From NCBI GenBank assembly GCA_026395755.1, contig JAPLYC010000075.1:1-59646 (forward strand): a stretch of 59,646 nucleotides of DNA, written 5' to 3'. Made by a program: the position numbers and the translations under genes. The notes below the pieces were generated by a model that was given only the letters and a program-made list of their open reading frames with translations, was not told the origin of the DNA and did not search any database. The stretch is from Candidatus Parcubacteria bacterium (lineage in GTDB: Bacteria > Patescibacteriota > Patescibacteriia > CAIXNZ01). Of the stretch, positions 34,601 through 43,080 are shown in pieces (within the stretch, counting starts at the first letter, position 1; each line of letters opens with the position of its first letter).

Positions 34601-34690
34601 TAATTTCAAAAAAACAGCAAAACAAATGACGGCTATGAGTAAGCTGGAACAGCAGCCAATAAAAATTTTATGGATATTGGATTTTAGCAT
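31667..34690 (-). CDS. Large secreted right-handed beta-helix (PbH1-like) repeat protein; its C-terminal domain is shared with ORF 6015-7466
   Basis: Signal/TM segment FIGCCSSLLIAVICFAVFL. N-terminal NNIIIQN / NNIIDDS / NNNIILYN / SNNKF / SNNQI repeats are typical of parallel beta-helix proteins. About 200 C-terminal aa are homologous to 6852-7466. Confidence 0.7.
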   Translation of the reverse strand: MLKSNIHKIFIGCCSSLLIAVICFAVFLKLNKVEAAVNCGDVVAPGLPVPVACSCGDTVMSDYTFPADLNCTSAGLTIGAIGITIDGNNHNFNFTGGLNATRSKTAISGIGFNNIIIQNLKINGYWSSGIHLWGINFATPINNLQILNNIIDDSRSPLDLLYTNNVVITGNTINKGDNDTLAIFSSNLTFNNNIILYNGRTSITSGAGSTISNNKFYRGRNTIQTLSAATISNNQIIDAAKSEMINWLSSQSGPWNAGDTVPIDFYLQTIRAVACPTCTYTLTTSPAEVVTQGKSGNHVTGSFIPSRTGTYTLKVTITEPAPASNYYEKQFIYLIGTTTPRTVRYYFSPDLPIHGQGAGTDARSLKLTAPISNDEWACDVWIGNSIEQIPDYPLGILNNIDYQAWYRNIPRPIPASNGVGTNNTIGFTQYAGYDLSFTNGIIDIPFLLYIKPYVYTQPGTKITRSFSGLNIPMNYPWTWYDLEFKLLSQTYNDGPDIQTFVADPSYADFHYATAYPAVKSNSSLNDLDITNDIDVLSATQINLTQPNNIELVVAGTGSTDIVIGEFTSPFAAHESIIYPDQTTKIELSGLAGTSAYQTINMNATPDSGNIKINITTWDTGGLHYKKWTEDGNLAGIVTTHNIGDLAPWTKYTIKVDTVNYDIIVSNAQGVATFVYNGGYSLKTFEFVEGAFIGPPASSSGLIFNGSAEVVINVDEPKTTSENVTLTLTSTQATQMLISNDPSFDTATWEPFSSSRTWALLPGLGEKTVYVKFRNFMGANSPLITDSINLVTEEILVETPMPAPILCSEQLPEGLSIGNLLKIENSKTVYFIGMDNCRHPFPNESTYFTWFANFTEVKTIPIETISEISMGKNITVRPGTALVKIQSQAQVYLVEPGAKLRSLGSESLAAQLFGIDWSRLVIDIPDTFFTDYQMGEPASAFTNGTLIQYLNDPNVYYLENSKKRMINFQLFNELFQAKYLIRNVSSISDYADGLIFPTTTKADIMTWQ

Positions 34691-34834
34691 GTAAAAATTT
34701 AAATATTATGGCTTCATTATACCACATTGTGTATAAATAGTGTATAAACTTGTGTACTAATATGTTTATATCTATGTTAATAACCATGTGCATAAACATG
34801 TTGAAAATTTGTTTATAATTAGCCTAAAATTGGC

Positions 34835-34863
34835 TTGACGTAGTTTGGCATTCATAATACAAT
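34835..34863 (+). promoter_or_regulatory. Putative promoter TTGACG-N17-TACAAT
   Basis: ttgacg at 34835-34840 and tacaat at 34858-34863, about 270 nt upstream of the HD-GYP ORF. Confidence 0.4.
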
Positions 34864-35051
34864 ATATTTACAACCCTACTTGATTACTGAGTTAAGTATC
34901 ATTTTCTCAAATTTTTTGGGATGGGTACTTGGTTCAGTGTCCAAAGCGGGGTTTTTTTGTTGAGTTAAAAAATTTCTGATAAAGGGGGAACATAAAAGGG
35001 AACACGCTGTTTCCTTTTTATGTTGCCAGTTGTCTCAAAAGGAGGGGCAAG

Positions 35052-35129
35052 ATGATCATTCTCGGAGTTAAGGTATATCGTAGCGTTGAAGCATTAAACG
35101 AAAACAAAAGTGGAAAGGGGGTGCTATAA
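35052..35129 (+). CDS. Candidate 25-aa upstream ORF abutting the HD-GYP start
   Basis: aaaaggaggggcaagATG encodes MIILGVKVYRSVEALNENKSGKGVL and ends at TAA 35127-35129. The main ATG is at 35131. Confidence 0.35.
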   Translation: MIILGVKVYRSVEALNENKSGKGVL

Positions 35130-35130
35130 A

Positions 35131-36009
35131 ATGGAAGCAGTAAAATTTGTGATGAACAACCAGGAACCCAGAGATTTCAGTCTTTTAGACCAAGAAACTC
35201 AAGCATTGGCCTCGGCTGTTTGCGGCCATAAAGTCACAGGCATGAATGTGCATTTGGCACATTTAGCCAAGAACTTGAGAAAATCAGAAACAATAGTCTG
35301 GGCCACCAAACGAGTCATGAAGAGTGAGGCGATCGGCATTAACTGGGAGCATTTACTCAATTATGTTGTTGAAGATTGCCTCAAACCGTTCCACGAAGAA
35401 ACCTACTGGCATCTCAAGCGTATGCACCGGATCATGACAGAACAGTTCAAATTGCTAGAGCATCAAAAGCCTGAACAATTGGATGACTTTGGCTGTCAGG
35501 ACTTTCGCACCATGGAGCATTTTGAACTGACGTCCAGTGATCAGCAAAATCTAAAATGGGCAGCAGCTTTTCATGATTTGGGGCGCATGTGCTACCCGGT
35601 TTCTTTCTGGAACACCAAAGGTGCGTTCTCCCTCAAACAAAGAAAACAGCTTGATTTCCACGCTCGTAATTTCTATTTTTTGGGGGAAATGCTCAATGTT
35701 TACCAGGAAGTCATCGCCTTGTCTGTTCTACACCATTGGCCCAACAAAGGGTATCCTGATAACGGCATCATTGCCAGATTGCGTCCTTTTTTGGACCAGC
35801 CTAAATTTCAGTATACGCTGAACTGGCTGGTTACCAACGATGTTTACGGCGGTGCCACTGACAGGCGTAGTTACCGTGATCATGCTTGGTCTCACGAACA
35901 AGTGATTATAGAGACAATGCCTAAAGAAATGGCTCGTGTTGGTCTGGGTTGGGTGCCTTTTATTCAGGCGTTGAAGCAACCTGGCCAGGGAGTCGTTTGC
36001 CCCGCTTAA
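35131..36009 (+). CDS. HD-GYP-type HD-domain phosphohydrolase (possible cyclic-dinucleotide phosphodiesterase)
   Basis: Contains AAFHDLGRM (HD) and LHHWPNKGYPDNG (compare HHE..DG.GYP). It has higher GC. The ATG at 35131 is preferred over the listed GTG at 35110. Confidence 0.65.
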   Translation: MEAVKFVMNNQEPRDFSLLDQETQALASAVCGHKVTGMNVHLAHLAKNLRKSETIVWATKRVMKSEAIGINWEHLLNYVVEDCLKPFHEETYWHLKRMHRIMTEQFKLLEHQKPEQLDDFGCQDFRTMEHFELTSSDQQNLKWAAAFHDLGRMCYPVSFWNTKGAFSLKQRKQLDFHARNFYFLGEMLNVYQEVIALSVLHHWPNKGYPDNGIIARLRPFLDQPKFQYTLNWLVTNDVYGGATDRRSYRDHAWSHEQVIIETMPKEMARVGLGWVPFIQALKQPGQGVVCPA

Positions 36010-36129
36010 CCCGTTAAGGGCCCTTCCTGCTCGGACTTTAAAGTCTGAGAGGAGAGGGCCCTTGACTTTCTTTTTAAATTAAGTTAAGTTATATATAGTT
36101 TTAAAGAGATTTGGAACCTTTTTTATTTT

Positions 36130-36453
36130 ATGAAGAATTTAAAGAGAATATTGGACCTGATTCGAAAAACAGGCGATAAATACATATTTGAAGATGATAA
36201 TGGTGGTATTTTTGTGGTGTTAGCATTGGATGATTATGAAAATTATATATTTAAGAATAATCAGCTGAAAAACTTGTCTGAAGAGGAGCTTTTAAACAAA
36301 ATTAATAAGGATATTGCCATCTGGAAATCATCTCAGGAAGATAAGATTGTTGACCAATCTTGGCAAGATTTACCAGTTGAAGAAAGTAAAAAAAAGGAGG
36401 AAGGTGAAGAAGAAGATCGTTATTATTTTGAGCCTGAAGAAGATGAAGATTAA
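36130..36453 (+). CDS. Hypothetical protein with acidic C-terminal tail
   Basis: 107-aa ORF ending EESKKKEEGEEEDRYYFEPEEDED. Confidence 0.55.
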   Translation: MKNLKRILDLIRKTGDKYIFEDDNGGIFVVLALDDYENYIFKNNQLKNLSEEELLNKINKDIAIWKSSQEDKIVDQSWQDLPVEESKKKEEGEEEDRYYFEPEEDED

Positions 36454-36459
36454 AAAGAC

Positions 36460-36487
36460 TTGCCAAATGTATAAATTGTGCTATAAT
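36460..36487 (+). promoter_or_regulatory. Promoter TTGCCA-N16-(TGC)TATAAT upstream of tuf
   Basis: ttgcca at 36460-36465 and gtgctataat ending at 36487. The same extended -10 word occurs at 9407-9416 and 10998-11006. Confidence 0.6.
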
Positions 36488-36586
36488 TAGAGATGCATTT
36501 AATTAATAAATAATTCAAATTAGGGGAGCGGCTGGATAAAACTCTGCCTCACTATGGTTAGAGGCCGACTCCAAGGAACTAAAAAA

Positions 36587-37777
36587 ATGGCAGCAGAAAA
36601 ATTCGATCGATCAAAGCCCCATGTTAATGTCGGGACAATAGGCCATGTTGATCATGGTAAAACCACTTTAACAGCGGCGATTTTAAATTTTATAAATTCC
36701 AAGGGCGGTAAAGCCCAGCAAAAAAGCGTTGACCAAATTGATGCAGCCCCGGAAGAAAAGGAACGCGGTATTACTATTGCTACTGCTCATGTGGAATATG
36801 AAACGGAAAAGAGGCATTATGCTCACGTGGATTGTCCTGGTCATGCCGATTACATTAAAAATATGATTACCGGCGCAGCTCAGATGGACGGCGCAATTTT
36901 GGTGGTTGCCGCTACTGATGGCCCTATGCCTCAGACTCGCGAGCACATTTTATTGGCCTATCAGGTTGGTGTGCCTTCAATTGTTGTTTTCTTAAATAAA
37001 TGCGATCAGGTTTCTGATCCAGAATTGATTAATCTGGTTGAAGAAGAAATTCGAGAACTATTAAAGAAATATAAATATCCAGGCGATGAAACTCCTATTA
37101 TCCGCGGTTCAGCCTTAAAAGCGCTGGAAGATCCCAAGGGTGAATCCGGTCAATGCATACAGCAGCTTTTAGACGCCTTAGACAGCTATATTCCGGAGCC
37201 AGTCAGACAGACTGATAAGCCATTTTTAATGCCGATTGAAGATGTTTTTTCAATTGAAGGACGCGGTACAGTTGTTACTGGCAGAATTGAAAGAGGCCTG
37301 ATAAAAGTAACTGATGAAGTGGAAATAGTTGGCCTTACGGCTACTCAAAAAACAGTAGTTACTGGTATTGAAATGTTTAATAAATCATTAGATGAAGGTC
37401 GCGCGGGTGATAATGCCGGCATTTTATTGCGTGGTACCAAGAAAGAAGATGTGCAAAGAGGTCAGGTTATAGCCAAACCAGGCTCGATTACGCCTCACAC
37501 TGAATTTGAAGGTGAAACATATATTTTGACCAAAGAAGAAGGTGGCCGACACAAACCATTTTTCAAAGGTTATAAACCACAGTTTTATATTCGTACTACT
37601 GATGTAACCGGAGAAGTTGAAATTTTAGGCGGCGCAGAAATGGTTATGCCAGGCGATACCATTCAATTAAAAGTAAAATTAATCGCTCCGGTTGCTCTTG
37701 AAGAAAAAATGAAATTTGCCATTAGAGAAGGCGGCAAAACCGTTGGTGCTGGCGTGATTACTAAAATTATCGCGTAA
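36587..37777 (+). CDS. tuf: Elongation factor Tu
   Basis: Contains [40 protein letters not shown] and NKCD. The ATG at 36587 is preferred over the listed 36554. Confidence 0.96.
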   Translation: MAAEKFDRSKPHVNVGTIGHVDHGKTTLTAAILNFINSKGGKAQQKSVDQIDAAPEEKERGITIATAHVEYETEKRHYAHVDCPGHADYIKNMITGAAQMDGAILVVAATDGPMPQTREHILLAYQVGVPSIVVFLNKCDQVSDPELINLVEEEIRELLKKYKYPGDETPIIRGSALKALEDPKGESGQCIQQLLDALDSYIPEPVRQTDKPFLMPIEDVFSIEGRGTVVTGRIERGLIKVTDEVEIVGLTATQKTVVTGIEMFNKSLDEGRAGDNAGILLRGTKKEDVQRGQVIAKPGSITPHTEFEGETYILTKEEGGRHKPFFKGYKPQFYIRTTDVTGEVEILGGAEMVMPGDTIQLKVKLIAPVALEEKMKFAIREGGKTVGAGVITKIIA

Positions 37778-37793
37778 TTATAAGGATAAAACC

Positions 37794-37825
37794 CCGTTCC
37801 CGCGTTGTGGGAGCGGGATTTTATT
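37794..37825 (+). terminator. Intrinsic terminator after tuf
   Basis: ccgttccc-gcgttgt-gggagcgg followed by gattttatt. Confidence 0.7.
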
Positions 37826-37868
37826 CCGGAGCTAAGCGTTACCTTAAAAATAATTAATATAAATTTTC

Positions 37869-38216
37869 ATGCCCAAGATTAAGATGGAAAAGCCCAAAGA
37901 AACAAAAGAAGAAAAGCAAAAGATTAGGATCAAAATTAGAGCGTATGATCATAAAATCATTGATCAGTCTGTCCGGACTATTTTGGACACCGCAATCAGA
38001 ACAGGCGCTCAGATTTCCGGTCCCATCCCGCTGCCGGTTGAAAAGAAAAAATACACTGTTTTAAGTTCGACTTTTGTTCATAAAAATGCCCGCGATCAGT
38101 ATGAAATGCGCATTCATAAGCGTTTAATTGATATTATTGAACCGACTGCCGCGACCGTGGAAGCTTTGACGAGTTTAAACTTGCCAGCAGGGGTTGATGT
38201 GGAAATCAAGATGTAA
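37869..38216 (+). CDS. rpsJ: 30S ribosomal protein S10
   Basis: Contains [17 protein letters not shown].....T.....A.I.GPIPLP and HKRLIDI. It has a short K/E-rich N-terminal extension. Confidence 0.93.
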   Translation: MPKIKMEKPKETKEEKQKIRIKIRAYDHKIIDQSVRTILDTAIRTGAQISGPIPLPVEKKKYTVLSSTFVHKNARDQYEMRIHKRLIDIIEPTAATVEALTSLNLPAGVDVEIKM

Positions 38217-38219
38217 AAT

Positions 38220-38248
38220 TTGACATAATTTCCAGATTTAGCTAAAAT
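38220..38248 (+). promoter_or_regulatory. Consensus promoter TTGACA-N17-TAAAAT, 4 nt after the rpsJ stop
   Basis: ttgaca at 38220-38225, a 17-nt spacer, and taaaat at 38243-38248. Confidence 0.65.
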
Positions 38249-38254
38249 GGGAGC

Positions 38255-38485
38255 AACCTTATCAATTACTGATTTTTAAAAAATTAGCTTTGAAATTTGT
38301 AAAGAAAGCTTCTTTCCGCTCGTTTAGGCCGAAGCCTAGCGGTGCAGTAAGAAAAACCTTTATATTTTTCTAAAGTTAGCAAAGGAGAGATAACCATTTT
38401 CAACAATTAAGTCCAGAGCAAAAGCAATAAATACTAGTTTTTTTAGTATTTAAATCTGGATGTGAAGACCAGATTTTTTATTTCT
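38255..38485 (+). ncRNA. Candidate structured leader/attenuator or small RNA between rpsJ and rplC
   Basis: Hairpins: agctt..aagct at about 38290-38318; ccgc-tcgtt-taggc-cgaa-gccta-gcgg at about 38326-38352; aaatacta..tagtattt at 38429-38451. A terminator-like aaatctgg-atgtgaaga-ccagattt plus tttta lies at 38452-38485. No ORF of 60 aa or more is present. Confidence 0.45.
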
Positions 38486-38553
38486 CAAGAAAATGGTTAA
38501 TGTCTTTTGGTAAATATTTAAATGTTAAAAATCGGTCAGATTTATCATAAAAT

Positions 38554-39294
38554 ATGAAGTTTATCTTAGGAAAAAAAATAGCAATGAGTCAGAAGTTTAA
38601 GGCTGACGGCCAAGTAGTCCCTGTCACAATAGTGCAGGCTGGACCTTGTTTTGTTGCTCAAGTAAAAAAAGAGGATAAAGACGGCTATTTAGCGGTACAA
38701 ATTGGTTATGCCACCAAAAAAAAATTAAATAAGCCAATAAGCGGTCATTTGAAAGATTTAGATAAAGCCCGTTATTTGCGTGAATTTAGAGTAGCCAATG
38801 ATCAGGTTGTCCCAGAAAGAGGCCAAAAAATCACAGCGGCCATTTTTCAGGCAGGTGACTTGATTGCTGCTACGGCAAATTCTAAAGGTAAAGGTTTTCA
38901 GGGCGTAGTCAAAAGACACGGCTTTAAGGGCGGTCCTAAAACTCATGGCGATAAAGATCAATTAAGACACGGCGGATCTATTGGTGCGCAAAGGCCGCAA
39001 CGCGTATTGAAAAACAAAAGAATGGCTGGACGCATGGGTAATGATCAGGTAACCGTTAAAAATTTGGAGATTATTGAAGTTGATATTGCCAATAATTTAT
39101 TATTTTTAAAAGGCGCAGTGCCTGGCTGCCGTAATGCCTTAGTCAGGATTACAGCTCCTGGCGAAATGAAATTAGAGGAAGTAATTAAAGAAGAATCAAA
39201 ATCCGGGGGAGCAACGCCTGAAGTAAAAGTTGAAGAAATGGTTACTAATAAAAATAAGAATGAGCAGGTGGCTCAGGCTGAAAGCAAACAATAA
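38554..39294 (+). CDS. rplC: 50S ribosomal protein L3 (K/E-rich C-terminal extension)
   Basis: Contains MKFILGKKIAMSQKF...VVPVTIVQAGPC and KGKGFQGVVKRHGF.GG..THG. Confidence 0.95.
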   Translation: MKFILGKKIAMSQKFKADGQVVPVTIVQAGPCFVAQVKKEDKDGYLAVQIGYATKKKLNKPISGHLKDLDKARYLREFRVANDQVVPERGQKITAAIFQAGDLIAATANSKGKGFQGVVKRHGFKGGPKTHGDKDQLRHGGSIGAQRPQRVLKNKRMAGRMGNDQVTVKNLEIIEVDIANNLLFLKGAVPGCRNALVRITAPGEMKLEEVIKEESKSGGATPEVKVEEMVTNKNKNEQVAQAESKQ

Positions 39295-39309
39295 GCTAAT
39301 TTTTTTTAT

Positions 39310-39942
39310 ATGTTGAAAGTTAAAGTTTACAATATAGAAGGCAAAGAAGTGGAAGAATTGAAGCTTGATTCTGATGTTTTTGGCGTAGAAATTAATTCTG
39401 CTTTGGTTCATCAGGTGGTTGAGGCTCAAAGAGCTAATGCCCGTTTGACCTTGGCTCACACTAAAACCAAGGGTGAAGTCAGAGGCGGCGGCCGCAAACC
39501 GTGGAGACAAAAAGGTACGGGCCGAGCCAGGCATGGTTCTACTAGATCACCGTTATGGATAGGCGGCGGTGTTACTTTTGGTCCGCGTACAGACAGAAAT
39601 TACAGCCAAAAGATTAATAAAAAAATGAAAAAACGAGCCCTGTATATGGGGCTAAGCGATAAAGTTAATGAAAATCAGATGTTTGTGGTTGATAAACTGG
39701 AATTGCCGGAAATTAAAACGCAAAAATTGGTAAAAATTTTAACTAAATTGCCGGGTAAAGAAGCAAAATCAACTTTAATCGTGTTGGCAGCTAATGATAA
39801 AAATATAATTAAGTCAGCTCAGAATTTACCCAAGGTTAAGACGATATTAGCGGATAGTTTAAATATTTTAGATATCTTGCAGTATAAATATTTATTGGTT
39901 GACAAAGAAGGCATTAAAAAAATAATTACCACCTATAAATAA
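39310..39942 (+). CDS. rplD: 50S ribosomal protein L4
   Basis: Contains GEVRGGGRKPWRQKGTGRARHGS.RSP.W.GGG..FGP. Confidence 0.95.
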   Translation: MLKVKVYNIEGKEVEELKLDSDVFGVEINSALVHQVVEAQRANARLTLAHTKTKGEVRGGGRKPWRQKGTGRARHGSTRSPLWIGGGVTFGPRTDRNYSQKINKKMKKRALYMGLSDKVNENQMFVVDKLELPEIKTQKLVKILTKLPGKEAKSTLIVLAANDKNIIKSAQNLPKVKTILADSLNILDILQYKYLLVDKEGIKKIITTYK

Positions 39943-39950
39943 TAAAATAT

Positions 39951-40430
39951 ATGGGAATTTTAGATAGGTTTTTAAAAAAGCCAAAACCTGAAACCAAGAG
40001 GAAAATTGAAAAAAAGCCTGAAGTTAAAGAAGTAAAGGTTGCGTCGGCAAAAGAGAAGCTTTCCACTTTAAGGCTAAAGAGCGAGGAAGGCAAGCCAGAA
40101 GAAAATAAAGAAATTAAGGCAAAAAAGTCAAAAAAGGTTGAGACTGATTTGGCTTTTAAAATTTTAATTAAGCCTTTAATTACCGAAAAGGCCACAGCCC
40201 TGGTTAGTCAGAATAAATATGCTTTTAAAGTTGCTCCAAGGGCAAATAAAGTTAATATTAAAAAAGCCATTAGCAATTTATACGGAGTCGAGCCATTGGC
40301 AGTTAATATTATTAATGAAAGAGGCAAGAGAGTCACTTATGGCCGCATTCGTGGTAAAAAGAGCAATTGGAAAAAAGCCATTGTAACTTTAAAACCGGGC
40401 GATAAGATTGAAATTTACGAAGGAGTCTAA
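39951..40430 (+). CDS. rplW: 50S ribosomal protein L23 (K/E-rich N-terminal extension of about 60 aa)
   Basis: The core ILIKPLITEKAT.....NKYAFKV...ANK..IKKAI..LYGV.P..VN is preceded by KKPKPETKRKIEKKPEVKEVK... Confidence 0.9.
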   Translation: MGILDRFLKKPKPETKRKIEKKPEVKEVKVASAKEKLSTLRLKSEEGKPEENKEIKAKKSKKVETDLAFKILIKPLITEKATALVSQNKYAFKVAPRANKVNIKKAISNLYGVEPLAVNIINERGKRVTYGRIRGKKSNWKKAIVTLKPGDKIEIYEGV

Positions 40431-40498
40431 AATTAATTATCAATTATCAATTTACAATTATTGAAAATTGCACATTGTAAATTGTAAAATTTATATAT

Positions 40499-41350
40499 AT
40501 GGGAGTAAAAATTTACAAACCACTAACAGCCGGAAGACGAGGAGCTAGCGGCGATGATTATAAGGATCTGACTGCCTCAAAACCCTGGAAAGGCTTGATC
40601 ACTATTAAAAAGAAATCTGGTGGTCGTAATGCCCAGGGCAAGATTACGGTAAGACATATTGGCGGCGGACAGAAGCAATATATCAGATTAATTGATTTTA
40701 AGAGAGATAAATTTGATGTGCCGGCAGTGGTAAAGACAATTGAATATGATCCTAACCGCAATGCAAGAATTGCCCTGGTTTTATATACTGATGGTGAAAA
40801 AAGATATATTGTTGCTCCTGGGGAATTAAGAGTTGGCGATCAGATTGTTTCGTATAAGGAAAAAACCCCGGAAATCAAAGCTGGCAATGCCATGGCTTTA
40901 GAAAAAATTCCGGTTGGTTCCATGATTTACAATATTGAATTAACGCCAGGCAAGGGCGGACAAATGGTTCGCAGTGCAGGTAATAGTGCCCAGTTAATGG
41001 CAGTTGAGGGTGATTATGCTACTATTAAATTGCCTTCCGGTGAAATGCGCAAAGTTTTAAAAGGCTGTCTGGCTGTATTAGGTACTGTCAGTAACCCGGA
41101 AATAATGAATATCCGTTTGGGTAAAGCGGGTCGCACCAGACACAAGGGTATCAGACCGACGGTAAGGGGCAAGGCCATGAATCCGGTTGATCATCCTCAT
41201 GGTGGCGGTGAGGGCAAACATCCCATTGGCTTAAAATTCCCCAAAACAAAATGGGGTAAGCATGCCTTGGGAGTTAGAACCAGAAAACCAAATAAATTTT
41301 CAGATAACTTAATTATTATCAGAAAAAACAAACAAAAATTAGCAGGCTAA
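40499..41350 (+). CDS. rplB: 50S ribosomal protein L2
   Basis: Contains [15 protein letters not shown] and GRN..G.IT.RH.GGG.K..YR.IDF...[13 protein letters not shown]. Confidence 0.96.
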   Translation: MGVKIYKPLTAGRRGASGDDYKDLTASKPWKGLITIKKKSGGRNAQGKITVRHIGGGQKQYIRLIDFKRDKFDVPAVVKTIEYDPNRNARIALVLYTDGEKRYIVAPGELRVGDQIVSYKEKTPEIKAGNAMALEKIPVGSMIYNIELTPGKGGQMVRSAGNSAQLMAVEGDYATIKLPSGEMRKVLKGCLAVLGTVSNPEIMNIRLGKAGRTRHKGIRPTVRGKAMNPVDHPHGGGEGKHPIGLKFPKTKWGKHALGVRTRKPNKFSDNLIIIRKNKQKLAG

Positions 41351-41377
41351 GGTAAATTAAGAATAATAACAATAATT

Positions 41378-41677
41378 ATGTCTAGAAGTTTAAAAAAAGG
41401 GCCATATATTAATGAAAAATTGCTGAAAAAAATTTCGCAATTGAAGGCAGGCGATAAAACAGTGATTAAAACCTGGGATCGCGCCTCTACAATTACGCCA
41501 GAAATGGTTGGTTTTAAAATTGGCGTTTACAATGGCAGAGAACATATTGTCGTGGATATTATTGAAAATATGGTCGGCCATAAATTGGGAGAATTTTCCT
41601 TAACCAGAAAATTTGTGGTCCATGGCGGCAAAATGGCCAAAGATCAGCAAAAGGGCCCAGAAGAAGTTAAAAAGTAA
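41378..41677 (+). CDS. rpsS: 30S ribosomal protein S19
   Basis: Contains [11 protein letters not shown]...L..K, V.NG......I...MVGHKLGEF and TR. Confidence 0.95.
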   Translation: MSRSLKKGPYINEKLLKKISQLKAGDKTVIKTWDRASTITPEMVGFKIGVYNGREHIVVDIIENMVGHKLGEFSLTRKFVVHGGKMAKDQQKGPEEVKK

Positions 41678-41696
41678 TCATTTAATTATTTGAAAT

Positions 41697-42296
41697 ATGC
41701 AAGTAATAGCAAAATTAAATTATTTACGGATGTCCCCGAAGAAGCTTAGATTAATTGCTGATATTATCCGTGGTATGAAAGTTGAGGCAGCTTTAACTCA
41801 GCTGGCTTTTATAAATAAACTGGCTACCAGACCGGTGATTAAGCTTTTGGATTCTGCTATCAGCAATGCGGAAAACAATTTTAATTTAAAAAGAGATAAT
41901 CTATTTGTAAAGGAAATTAAAGTTGATATGGCTGGTATGTTAAAAAGATGGCAGTACAAGGCTCATGGACGGGCAACACCTTTAAGGAAGAGAAATGCCC
42001 ATATCTTATTGATTTTAGATGAATTAGTGCCGACTAAAGTTAAAGCTAAAAAAGTCAAAGCTGAAAAGCCGGTTAAGGTAAAATCACTGGAAAAACTTAA
42101 AGAAAAAGCCGCTCCGGAAAAGCTCAAATTGCCCGAAGAAGAAAAGATTACCAGGGAACATGAAAAAGAGACTGAAGAACAGCCTTTTGACGTGAGATTG
42201 GAAGGCAAGCATAGACATAAACAGCATGAAGATAAAAGAAACATGAAGGGCGATAAGGGATTTATTAAAAAAATATTTAATCGTAAGTCGGGCTAA
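41697..42296 (+). CDS. rplV: 50S ribosomal protein L22 (K/E-rich C-terminal extension of about 85 aa)
   Basis: Contains the L22 core (RMSPKKLRL.AD.IRG..V..A...L, KRW..KAHGRATPLRKRNAHI). It is 199 aa, versus about 110-120 aa for typical L22. Confidence 0.92.
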   Translation: MQVIAKLNYLRMSPKKLRLIADIIRGMKVEAALTQLAFINKLATRPVIKLLDSAISNAENNFNLKRDNLFVKEIKVDMAGMLKRWQYKAHGRATPLRKRNAHILLILDELVPTKVKAKKVKAEKPVKVKSLEKLKEKAAPEKLKLPEEEKITREHEKETEEQPFDVRLEGKHRHKQHEDKRNMKGDKGFIKKIFNRKSG

Positions 42297-42403
42297 TAAA
42301 ATAATTTGAGATTCAAAATTAAAAATTAAAAGTTGCAATGTAAAATTTAAAATTATTAATTGTAATTATAAATTTTGAACTTTGAACTTTTAATTCCTAT
42401 ACT

Positions 42404-43063
42404 ATGGGACATAAAGTTAATCCAAGAGCAATCAGAATAACTATTAATAAAGGTTGGGATTCTAAGTGGTTTTCCCGCCATAATTTTGGTGCTTTATTGC
42501 ATCAGGATGTAGCAATTCGAAAATTTCTTAAAGTCAAGCTGAAAGATGCTGGAGTGGCTAAAATTGAAATTGAACGTTCTGCTGAAAATTTAAATGTTAT
42601 AATTTTCGCGGTAAAACCGGGTATAATTATCGGTCGTTCCGGTGTCGGCATTGAAGACTTAAAAGCGGCATTAAAGAAAAATATTTTAAATAAAGAAATT
42701 ACCAAGGTACCCGGCAAGGTGACTTTGAATATTAATATAATGGAAGTTGACAAGCCGAACCTAAATGCGCAGATAGTGGTTGATAATATTATTCTTGATT
42801 TGGAAAAAAGAATTCCTTTTAGACGCTCCATGAAGCAGGCAATCAGCAGAGTAATGCGCGCTGGCGCCAAGGGTGTTAAGGTAATGGTTTCTGGTCGTTT
42901 AAATGGCGCTGAAATTGCCAGACGAGAATCATTAACTGAAGGTGAAGTGCCATTGCATACTTTACGAGCCGATATTGATTATACTCCGGGTTATGCTCAG
43001 ACAATTTATGGAAAAATCGGGGTTAAAGTCTGGATTTATAAAGGGGAAGTTTTTAATAAATAA
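42404..43063 (+). CDS. rpsC: 30S ribosomal protein S3
   Basis: Contains [11 protein letters not shown]....W.S.W and [11 protein letters not shown]...[14 protein letters not shown]. Confidence 0.96.
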   Translation: MGHKVNPRAIRITINKGWDSKWFSRHNFGALLHQDVAIRKFLKVKLKDAGVAKIEIERSAENLNVIIFAVKPGIIIGRSGVGIEDLKAALKKNILNKEITKVPGKVTLNINIMEVDKPNLNAQIVVDNIILDLEKRIPFRRSMKQAISRVMRAGAKGVKVMVSGRLNGAEIARRESLTEGEVPLHTLRADIDYTPGYAQTIYGKIGVKVWIYKGEVFNK

Positions 43064-43080
43064 ACAGTAGGAAATTTTAT

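Noticed and set aside
36500-36586. A possible tRNA upstream of tuf (ggggagcggctgg...ggttagaggccgactcc), since tRNA genes often precede tuf.
   Set aside because: No complementary acceptor 3' strand, no GTTCRANNC T-loop and no foldable cloverleaf could be drawn. It was treated as the tuf 5' UTR.
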